Source of the DNA: Marsupella aquatica
Lineage: Eukaryota > Plantae > Marchantiophyta
Direction: 5' to 3'
NCBI GenBank assembly: GCA_973895155.1
Contig: OZ316897.1
Coordinates: 11,183,832 to 11,247,831, forward strand
Length of the DNA stretch: 64,000 bases
This document shows, in pieces, positions 25,080-35,900 of the stretch. The notes under the pieces were generated by a model, which had not been told where the DNA came from, made no database searches, and saw nothing but the letters and a program-made list of their open reading frames with translations. The position numbers and the translations under genes were made by a program. Positions within the stretch are counted from its first letter, which is position 1. Every line of letters starts with the position of its first letter.

Positions 25080-25347
25080 GGAAGCCTCCCTGGCCACTCG
25101 ATTAGGTGTCATTTTTTCCTATCCGTGCAACACCTAAAAGTGCCACTATGCACCCTTTCCACACCCAAGCCCTCACTCTTTCCACAACTCATAAACTTGT
25201 TGAAATCCAGCAGGCTCAAGCCTCCCTGGCAGTCCTATTCAGTGACATTTTATCCTAACTATGCAACATCCTAAGAATGTCACTGTACACCATTTCCACA
25301 CCCAGACCCTCACTCTTCCCACAACTCATACACTCCTTGAAATCCAG
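25080..25347. repeat. Diverged tandem duplication (~135 bp x2)
   Basis: aagcctccctggc...ttccacaccc..ccctcactct..cacaactcata..ttgaaatccag occurs twice. Confidence 0.75.
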
Positions 25348-27105
25348 TTGCCTGGTCATCTCCCACTCTTAACAACCCTTCTGTCCAAATTCACTTACTG
25401 CTGACAGTGTTGTGCATGAACAGACATTGGACTAGTCGGGACATATTAATCAATTTTTTAGTTGGACACATTTGTGATTTCTCCTCATTTCCATGGAAAC
25501 ATAAATCTCTACATTTTCTTGTGGGTTTGTATGGTAGTCTCTACACGTTGCTTCCCTATTTCTATTTGCAGGGCCAAATTTCCTCCCTTGTCCTTAATTA
25601 AATCACTAGTGTCTAACTGGGGTGTGAGTTGGCAGTTACTATTTGACCGGTTTTGCACTCATTGGCAATGGAGGAATGATCTCCAAAAAATCTCAAGCTT
25701 TTTCAGGTAATAGATTAGACACATACAACATGCTGGGAAAATTTGAGCTTAAATAGAGATCAAAAAGTTGTCTAACTAAATGCACAAGTCTACGATAAAT
25801 CACCTGATTTTTACAGTTGTTCAGGGTGCTTCTCAAGGAGTCCTTCCCAAAAGTGAAACAGCCTTCCTAAAGCAGTCAGTCAGTGTCAATGTCAGGTGTA
25901 AAAGTGAAGTAGCGTGTTACACAGTCCTTGGGGATGGGCAAAACAAACCCCTTAGTCCACCCATGCTTCATATTTGGGTTCAGTGACACTCATGGTTTAA
26001 GTTAGTACCTGTTATTGTCACTAACGGCCATGACACTACATATGAAGGTGCCTTTACAAGACTTTGGGGGCCTTGTGATTCTTTTTCACGAAAGTAGACT
26101 GGAGTTTTTTGCATTTGGTACACTGTCATGGTTTTACAATATGGATAACCAAAGACAGAGGTTAACCATGGGTCAGACTCCATCCTGTATGACACACATG
26201 CCAGCATGTGGTCTCTGCAGTCAGCGTTGTCTGACACCAGACTGCTCTAGAAAATTTCAACAACAGCATCAGAAAGCTGCCCGGACAGAAATTCCACACA
26301 AACGTGGGAGTCGAGTTAACTAACGCAAGTAACCACAGATGAAACCTACCAGTTAACAGATACAAAAAAAAACAGTGGCTGCTTGATACATTGGTCACTC
26401 TGTTATGGTCTATTTTTTAAAAACAAATTTAAAAAAAACAATGAAAACCGTGACAGTTTATAAGAAAATGATGCTCCCATGGACCATAGACAGAAACTAT
26501 ACAATTGGGATGGACTAATTGAGAATATTCCCTGTCACATTGTGAGAACAATGGGGTCCATCTGAGTTACAAAAATCCATGGGAGCATTTTGACAAACCT
26601 AGAGGTCTATCCGGGCTTCATTTTCCACTTTATAATATACACACATCTTTATTGGCATTGTAATTGAAAGCTAAGCCCTCAACCCTGACACTATTGTAAC
26701 ACAGCACATCTTTAGTGGCATGCAGAATTGTGAATAGGCACATCGTTAGTGGCATGCAGAATTGGGAATAGGCACATCTTTAGTGGCATTGTATTTAAAA
26801 GCTGTTTCCCCAAAAGCTTGAGTTGACATGTGCCACTGGCTAGTCCCTCAAAACCATAAAAAGTTCATTGGGTGGAAGCTGTGGGTCGAGGAACCCAGTT
26901 GGGCAGTGTCAATCTTCTCAAAGAAAAAGGATGTTGTTCAAGAATGATGTTGTTGTTCAAGGAATCAGTGAGGAAGGAACGCTTTCAGTCAAACAATTCC
27001 CACACGAATTCGGTGGTGATTGATTGATGAATTTTACAAAGCTCCTGAGAAGAGAAGAAGAGCAGAGAAGAAGAAGAAGAAGGGGCAAAAGAGAGGAAGG
27101 CATCA

Positions 27106-29321
27106 ATGTTTGTTTTGACGAAGCTCACGAAGGAGCTGCGAATTGCTCCGCAGAAGCTCTCGCTGCCTTTATTGGATGCCGTCACCGGCGAGATTCAGAC
27201 ACTGTTCTTCGACAAGGTAGAGAAGTCACTGCGAAAGAAGAGGAACTTCTTTTGGGAGCTGTCTCAAAGATGCTGGCAGAGTGTGCATTTCTGTGAATAG
27301 TCTGGTCCGGTTCGGAAACATGTGCCCGGTGCTCCAGTGATTAAAACACAGCCGGGTTCGGTGACCTAGGCGGTTTAAATCATCGTACCTTGGAGCTGGC
27401 CAACGGAAAATATCTATCAAGAGTGTGGCTTAATTTTAATTGGCAGAGTATGGAATTTAGTTGAGATTATTGACATGCACCACTTCCTTCTAACAGTCAG
27501 CACTATGGCAGGTGTTGAAGGATTTAGGTCTGTGCGTGACGCTTTATGATGTCAGATCGGTGGAAGGCGGCTTCGTGTTCCCCGGAGATGGAGCTCCCCG
27601 CTTTACGGTATTTCTCGTTTGTTCCTTGGAAACATTTTGCCGAGCATATTGTTTATTACAATGCTCACTGTACACTGACGATTTCAGCAGCATGAAGTGG
27701 AATTTGATCACTGTGTATTGTCTCCATGGGCATCACTTCTTATTCTTCTAGATTAAGATGGAATGAATCGCTTCTCTATGGATAATAAGGGGAAAGCAGG
27801 AAATTTTCATCTCCCTGCAATTAGGAATACTCATCTATTCACCGTTGCTTTGCTTCAATTGAAGACGATGAGAAAGTGTTAAACCTTGGACTTGACTTTG
27901 GTCTCTTGAAAAGAAAATTATTGTATCTGTGTAATGGATGCAACTACAGGTAGAATTCAACCTGGTTATGTTCCGGCCATTTGTTGGAGAAGTCTTGACA
28001 GGCAAGCTGAAGAAGTGTGATAAATCTGGACTTTACAGTACGTCTTCTAAACCTTTGGCTCCAAGAAGAGTCCGTAGGAAGTCTCATAACATGTAGTCTC
28101 TTCTTCCAGTTGTCCTAGTTGTTGCTGCAGATTCCCACTCTTTCTCGACTGATAAGTCTCGACTGATAAGTCTCGACTGATAAGTCTCGTCTACATTTGA
28201 AATCGCGTGCCTAAACTTCTGTACGCAAATCAAAACGAATTCCACCTTTTGTGGACTGGGAATATAGTGCAAATATCTCATAGAATGGAAAGGCATCATG
28301 GTCCAGACTCCCTCAACTTGAACCTTGCTACTATCGTCCAGTCACGATTTCTTTCTATTCCAGCTGTCCACGATTATCACTTGTCGTTCCTTCCTTGCGT
28401 TGGCAGTCTCATTGCAATTTTTTGAGGACATTCATATACCAGAGCATCTTCTACAACAGCCTTCTGTTTTGTAAGAATTCTGGACCTACTCGTTCGTATC
28501 AATATCTGCTAAGCCGTTGCTACCAATGTTTTTGTAAATGATTAATAATGTTGATATTGTGGGGTACAAGGCCCAGTCCTGCGACAAGGTCATTGCTTGA
28601 CTGTCGTTTGGAGTACGAGACTTCACTTTCCAGTACCTGTTTCAGTTCGGGTGGGCATACTTATGAGGCTCTTGTCTGAGTCTGTTTCCTGGTTTTCTCA
28701 ATTACTTTGTTCAGTTACACAGAAATCAATCTTTGTTCGATGCAGTGATGAAGGCGAGAAGTTATGGATCTGGAACTTCAATGGCAATGATATGTTCATG
28801 GATCTTGATGAAGAGGTAAGACTCATCACTCATTCTTGCTATTTCCTTCATGTGGCCTCTGTCACAAACAATTCGTACACTATTCTCTGGCATCCTAACC
28901 TTTGAACGACAGAGGCTTGGAAAGCTTGATCTCACACTCAACACTAGCAGAACTATTTAGTTTGTATTGATGTACAGGCTTGCGTTCTTGTTACTCTTTC
29001 GCTGAATGGTGGATTTTGGCTACTTTCTTGCATCCAGGTCCGCTTCCGAGTGGTGCAAGTGAAGTACCCTGCCATTATTACGGATCAAGAAAAAGGCTCC
29101 AAACCATTTGCTCCAATGGAAATCATTGTAAGGCCTTGGTACCTTCAGAAAAGTTTCTTCACGTTGTGATTCATTGAAATACTTGACAACCTGCACAAAA
29201 GATCAGTGCGACAGAGCTGAATTTTCCATGCCTCTCAAGCAATTGTATCACTGATCTGTTCTTTGTGTTGTGTCAGGGAGATATCAATGCTGATGGTCTA
29301 GGGCTGGTTTCTTGGTGGTAA
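27106..29321 (+). CDS. RPC8: DNA-directed RNA polymerase III subunit RPC8 (RPC25/NRPC7, Rpb7 family), 7 exons, 187 aa
   Basis: Exons 27106-27216, 27512-27607, 27950-28037, 28407-28470, 28746-28815, 29038-29127 and 29277-29321 are in phase (564 nt). Motifs: DKVLKDLGLCVTLYDV, GFVFPGDGA, FNLVMFRPFVGEVLTGK, FFEDIHIP and the terminal DINADGLGLVSWW. Confidence 0.95.
28143..28188. repeat. 14-bp tandem repeat (tctcgactgataag x3) in an RPC8 intron
   Basis: Seen directly in the sequence. Confidence 0.9.
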
Positions 29322-29499
29322 GCTACCAACCATAGATCTCCCCGGTTAACTAGGAATCATTAGCGGCAACTGGGTCTCCATCTCCTTGTAATAACCAGCT
29401 CGAGAGGCACCTCAGTTATGGATACTACCCTAACTACTCATTCAATTGATCACAAATATAGGTGAGGAACCAGAGCTAAACAAAATCTTGGAAGGGAAA

Positions 29500-30420
29500 G
29501 ATTCTTTATTATTGATACTCATTTTATAATTTGTACCCATTCTTAATACCCCTCAAAGTTAAGGGTGAGTAAAGAAAAACCTTGTAAGAAAAAAAATCTT
29601 TATTAGTGACACCCATCTATGATTTGTCCCCATTCTTTGCACCCCAAAGTCTCAATTATTTATTTTATTATTGACCCTCATTTATGATTTGTCCTTATTG
29701 TCTGCACCCCAAAGTCCCAAAGTTAAATGCTTTATTGTTGGCATTCATTTATGATTTGTCCCCATTCTTGTCATGTTAGTAATTTACTCGAGTTCCCGGG
29801 TTGAGTTACTTTACTCTTACTAGGGTTAGTTAACCTTTGATTACACTAAAATGAGATCCGCTTAGTTTGGGTCCACATATCCTTCTCTCCCCCCACCTCC
29901 CCCCCCCCCCCCCCCCACGTCCCGTGCGGGGATATAGGTTAGAAGAAGAGCATTTTGTGTCTCATTCTTCACATGTATACTCATATATATTCATTGATAC
30001 TTCAAGAGTTTTTAAGCTGGTGATATCTTGTTTGTGTAGTTCATTGAGTGTTCTTGTGTTTTGCATTTGCTCTCTAGTCTAACCTTACGTGTTGATACAA
30101 TTCACCCCAATGTCAACCCTGCACTAAAATCTCAAATTAAAACTCTTCATTATAGAGAGTCATATATGATTTGTCCCCATTAAACTCTTCATTATAGAGA
30201 GTCATATATGATTTGTCCCCATTCCCTAATCCGTGGACCAAAGTCCCAAACTTAAATTCTTTATTATGGACACATTTATGATTTGTCCCCATTTCTTGCA
30301 CCTTAAAGTTAAGACACAAGGGCAAAGGTAATGAATAAAAGCCATCACATGTCAGGTCTTCCTTAAAGTTAAGAGACACAAGGGCAAAGGTAATGAATAA
30401 AAGCCATCGCATGTCAGGTC
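29500..30420. repeat. Degenerate array of ~60-70 bp units (catttatgatttgtccccattcttgcaccccaaagt) plus 43-bp and 60-bp tandem duplications, interrupted by an LTR-like insert
   Basis: The motif recurs about seven times between 29520 and 30300. Near-exact duplications lie at 30137-30220 and 30302-30420. Confidence 0.75.
29774..30099 (+). mobile_element. Probable solo LTR
   Basis: The element is bounded by TG...CA (tgttag...gataca) and splits a unit of the surrounding repeat. Its 5' end (tgttagtaatttactcgag) resembles the LTR at 45949 (tgttaggtatttactcaag). The TSD is only partial (tgtca/attca). Confidence 0.45.
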
Positions 30421-30479
30421 TTCTACTCTGATCCTTCTTATTAATTTTGACCGCTTGGTGAGATGGGTTTAATCAAGAC

Positions 30480-32340
30480 ACAATTTTGAACATGATGTCA
30501 TTTGATGGTAGGAACAAAAAATTATATATATCACACTGCAAATGAACAAGAAACACCCAAACAGGAGACAGGGTCCCCATAGGCAAAAGTCCCAATGAAG
30601 GGGAGACCATCAAAAAATGGTAGGAACAAAAAATTATATATATCACAGTGCAATTGAACAAGAAACACCCAAACAGGAGACAGGGTCCCTTAGGCAAAAG
30701 TCACAATGAAAGGGAGACCTCAAACAACCAACAAAGGAAAAAGGTCATTGGCAAACTATAGAGCCTGCTGGAGCTCTAAAGTGAACTGGATAGGGGGGTC
30801 TAACAACTGAACCTGACTACTGTAGCTGCCCAACCCTTACAAAGAATGGCGAATGCTTAAGCCCACTGGAGTGCGACTCACACCCACTGTTGGGAAAAGG
30901 TCGTGATAACAGGCAGTGGTGGATAAGGTCTCTGCTTGACATTAAGAAGCGCACAAGACCATAGGAAGAGGTCAAAGGCCGGGCGAAGTGCCCCAAAAAC
31001 TTCAACAGAGAAAAGATTGTCCGGTAACGAATAGTGTAGACCTCCTCCAGATGTGTGGCCCTAGCAGTTGTGTGAACAGGTACATTAGCTGTCGTGGCAA
31101 CATTGGCCCTATTAGTACGGTCGATAACCACCACATCCACAAGGGCCCAAAGTCCAGCACGCAAAAAGACGAGGTCAGCATGGCGGCAATCAGGAACACT
31201 GTCCCAAGAAGGTAAAACATGTCTTTGCTCCATGAAGACATGGTATCCTCATTCACATGCAATGGCACTCTGCAGACACATGTGGGCTAGCACAACAGGC
31301 AAGGGTGGGGGAGACCAAGGCTAAGGCGTGTGGAAATAGTAAAGATGAAAGAGCTCATACGAAAGGGAGCTCACAATGGACTACATGAAAACCAAGCCTC
31401 TGAACTTATGTCTGAATCAAATCCAATGGTGCATCAGAAAGCATGCTAGCAAGGCTGTGTTGATGCATGTAGTCTGAAATCAATTGTTGGATTTTGTCTG
31501 CACTGTCCAAAATAACTCCCTCAACAGCATGTAGTCTGAAATCAATTGTTGGATTTTGTCTCCACTGTCCAAAATAACTCCCTCAACAGTAGGAACCGCG
31601 GTCCACACCTCCTTGACCAATAGGGCCCATTCATGGCAAAACAGGAGTGTTCCATTCTCCACTCCCATGACATAGTCTCAGAGGATAGGCCCAAAAGAAA
31701 ACTAGGGCATGAGCAACCTGCGCCCCAACAACCAAGAAACACACAAGGGGCAATGGCTGCAGCAGAAAACACCCCCATGCCTCCCTGAGAAAGCAGCAGC
31801 GCAGTCAGCCGAGCAATACAAACACCAACCTCTCCATCAAAGGCTCCAGTACCAATAGGGTGACCAAAGACCCCATGACTGGTATCAAATGCAGAGAGCA
31901 AACATAACACCATTGGCATGGGGGGACGGTCCAAAGAAGATAGGCAAGGAGATGGACAACGCACATGACCAAAATAAGGAAGGCAATCTGAGCATCACCT
32001 AAAGCCACCCACTCAATGTACCAAACATTCAGGATGAGAATAACCTGTAAAAAGTCTTGCCCAAAGGTAAGTCCACCCAATAGCACCCCACGAATCTTGA
32101 TGCAATCGATCCAAATGGGTATGTCCACCGGGGGAGAAAAGTAGCCTCAAGGTGGGGACCAGACTGTACACTTCCTGGGTTGAACAGACTAACCCAGATG
32201 GGCCAGGTGGTCGACAAAGTGGATGCAAACACGTCCCACCACAAGGAATGTCATCTGAATGTCATCAGCCTGTCATCAGCCACTGTGAATGTCATCAGCC
32301 TGTCATCAGCCACTCACACTAACGTCTGCGTATAGTGGAA
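30480..32340 (-). mobile_element. Degenerate, 5'-truncated CRE/R2-superfamily (RT + restriction-like endonuclease) non-LTR retrotransposon
   Basis: Frame-broken minus-strand motifs appear in the expected order: ADDI (RT YxDD region), LAHLG*SVQPRKCTVWSP, LSQGGMGVFSAAAIAPCVFLGCW (the GGLG post-thumb motif), RHADLVF..G...LVDVVVID (RLE core) and EVFGALRPAFD...QQWV*VALQWA*AFAIL. A duplicated ~112-bp 3'UTR unit lies at 30505-30720. Confidence 0.72.
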
Positions 32341-32978
32341 CCATAATCTATCAGGAGTGTCCCAAAAATCTTTTGCATAGCCTGAAATCCCACCAGTGTA
32401 GTTTTGACAAATCACAGTTTATAGTTTCAAGTCTCGGGCGTTGGGTGAATCCACCAGGCGTTGGGTGAATCCACCAGAATTTGTTTTTCGAGCTCTCTAC
32501 GGAGTGTCGAGCAAAGTTTAGCTTAGTGAGGCTGAGCAGGTGAGGATCGAGCAGGTGAGGATCGTGTGAGCCCAAGGAATACACATTGACAGGACCCACA
32601 GGAGCAGGCATGATAACCAAGCTCCCCAGGTAAATTTCAGAATGCCTTGAAAAGCAATTTATATGCTCCCGACGAGACATGTGCTGAACACTGTCCACAA
32701 CTTCATTGACAAAAAGTAGGATTGCCTTACAGGGACTTCTTCAGAGCTCCTTTCCAAAACGTGAAGGATAATTTGTGGGATTTCCCCACCTCAAAGACAG
32801 ACTGTACTTCAATGAGTGAGATTTGAAATCGAAAATTTCTGATCACCATTGAAGCCGGACTAGAAAATCTCACTCATTGAAGTCGCACTAGAAATGAGTG
32901 AAATGCGTGGTCAAAATTGCTATTTTACACAAGAGTAGTAACGCACAGGTATGGCATGTTTCCACCGATAAACAACAC

Positions 32979-35900
32979 TCAGCGATAGAGAACAAGGTCC
33001 GGATTCGCGTCCATTTTCTTCTCCTCCTGAGCATGCCTCTGAAACATAACTCGGGTCTGCTTCAGATGCTCACTAAACACTCGTTGTCGCTTCCTTGCTG
33101 CATTGTATTCTGAAAGCTGCCTCTTCGTCACAACTTTGAAGTTTTCTGAAGAGAGTGCATTACCATCCAGGACATCGCCCATCAAATCTGATTTCCTAAG
33201 AAGGTCAGGTTCTTGTTGACCTTGGGTCCTGACAACCCACGGTCTTCCTCTGGCGGAAACAATAATACATCTGGCCAGAACACCTGCCACAGTATCTGCT
33301 GTTTCTTTGTCCGAAAAAATCACATATCCCGTTGAGCTATTCAATTCTGGATGGGGGGGAGGAATCGTTACAGACTGAATCTTCTCTTCATTGCAGAACT
33401 TCAGAAGCTGCTCCCTCAAGTCGGATTCTGGCACACTTACCTCCAAGTTATCAATCATTAAGATGCATCCAGACCTTCCTAGGACATTCTTGGTGAAAGC
33501 AGACCTCCTATTTCTGGCCTGGTTGTTTCGTAAATGGACATTCCAGCCTTCCTGCTGATCATCTGGTAAGGCCTGATCAGATCCTGAGAGGTTGTCGCTA
33601 TTGGAATATTCCCTCGTGGATGATAAGGGTGGCATGCTGCTGCCGGCTATGACACCATCATCTTCTTCTTCGTCTGATAAGCAGATCACATTGTCTAAGG
33701 CTGAACCGAGCCCTGTGCGGGACTTAGCATTCACCAGCTCTTGTTTATTGCCGGAGCGTGCCGTAGAACTTGAATGCATTGCAAATTTCAAGTCGTCTTC
33801 AACCTTTGGTTGAACAGATGGGTCCTTCTTTGGTTCTCCGAAACGTTCATCAACTGATCCCGGAAGCTCCTCCTCCCGTCCATTGTCACATCCTTTCTCC
33901 CTTGTGACAGAAACATGAAACAACTTCGCATCCTTTCGTTCTGAAGGGGCACAGTCTGTGGGACCCGATGGGGGAGCCTCAGGTTTAGGTTCAGCAGGCT
34001 TGCATGTCGTCGTCATTGCCTCGGATTTGCCACCAGAATCTAAAAGCTCCTCTTCGTAATTAGGTGAATATGAAGTCACCTTGGCTCCAGTAGGAAATGA
34101 TCTGCTGAGAGAAAGACCCTCGACAATAGACGCAGATTCATCTAATTCCATATCGAATTCGACTGTAATTCGTACTTTCTTCGACCGAAGCCCATCGCTT
34201 TTCGCAGCTACAATTTGTATCTTCTTCTGTGTTTTGTGAGCCTCCGATCTCACCTTATTTTCAACAGTTGCAGCTATACCGGCCCTCTCCTGCTTTAACA
34301 TATCAGCTTTCGCCTCCCACTCTGTCATATCAAAGACAGACCTCACAGTTAGAAGTCTATCGATCCCAAATCTGGAAGCTCACAAAAATGACATCACCAG
34401 AATGTCAGCTCATACAAACCTTTAATATCCAAATCACTCGGAAGCTTGGAAAACCCATCATTTCCGCCACTTTCATCTGCAAAAAATCAATGTCATGAGC
34501 AGCTTGTAAAGCAAACAAAAGCACCATACAGGGCAAGAAAGACATTCATTCCGCAATTTGCGTACACGATGGCAATGCTGCAATAAAAAACTAATGCGCT
34601 AGGAGTATTGGCACCCGTTGATTGCAGTACTCCTTGCCGCCGGTGTGCGCATGCCAACGAATGTCTTCCGATAGAATCTTAGAGATAAACAGCTACGTGA
34701 CTGACAGAAAAGTAGGATATTCAATACGAACACGATAAGAACAGAAACGACCAAATTCCATCAGTGACCCAGAAATTGGAATGGCAGGGGATACAGAAGG
34801 CCGCCTAACTGACTTCACCCAATAAAGTTAAATAAGACACGAGTTTGAAGGCTTCTTGTCAGGATGCTCGTACTTATTTTCCCCGAACCTCTGAAACAAT
34901 TAACCATGAGGTTCAGGGGTAAGGAAAGGGTCGAGGAAGCTAGAAGAACCAAGGCAACGGTTGCTAACAAGAACACATTGATATTACCCCTTAAGTGAAA
35001 GGCATGATGAAGGTAGAGTAGTTGCAATTTAGAAATGGACCAAGAAAACAGAAACTTAGAACGGAAAACAAAAGAAAAGATAAGATACGATAAGACAAGA
35101 AACAAATAAAGGAATCAACGTTGATACACAATCGTCGCACACGTCTTTACGAGTTCCCTATACCCTAGATTGTTTAAGATTGCATAGTTTTTGGAGGCCA
35201 TCCCTCCTGGACACATGCTAGCTATCATCCGATAATCTCCACACTAGAATTCTCGGCTACTGACTTTGTAGTCTGGCACAAAATCTGAAGAAAGGGCAGG
35301 TAACTGATTTTTAGTCTCAAGAACTTCTTTTATACGATTCACCCAAGAGGTCACCCTTTGTACAATACCTGGCGACTTGCTGCTCAAATCATAGTCTTCA
35401 AGAAAGTCAGCCTTACCCTTAACATCCTCCTCCTTCACCTGGACTTCGGAGGGCCTCCTGCCCAAGTGACGTTCTTCAAGAAATTTAGCCTTAGCCTTGA
35501 CATCCTCCTCCTTCGCCTGGACTTGGGAGGGCCTGCTCAAGTGATGTTCTTCTAGAGGATCAGCCTTAGCCTTGACAGTTTCCTTCTTCACTGGAAGTTC
35601 GCATTCTTCTTCCTCAGTAAGGTCAATAAAAACCTTCGTTTTTAGACGACGGTCTTCAACTGGCTTAGCATTTGGTGAGACTGTGGGCTTCTGCTGTATC
35701 CGACTATAGCCGACTCTGTCCAAAGACTTCGCATCCGTAGAAACTTTCTGTTGCTGTTCCTCCTCTTTGCAGACTCTTCCCGAAGACTTCGTTCCAAATA
35801 TACGTTCTCGTTGTTCGCTGAGATCTAAAGGAAAGGATTCTTCGCTCTCCGCTTGACCTCTCATTTTCTTCGTTGGTCTATTACTGCCACCACCAGCAGG

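Noticed and set aside
25400-26640. Transposase remnant
   Set aside because: It looks like decayed coding or TE DNA with a short inverted repeat (atgctcccatgga / tccatgggagcat), but no diagnostic motif could be read.
35815-35835. PLDLS CtBP-binding motif in the SAWADEE-RRM linker
   Set aside because: It is a five-residue match in a disordered region, and plant CtBP-like ANGUSTIFOLIA is not established to bind PxDLS.
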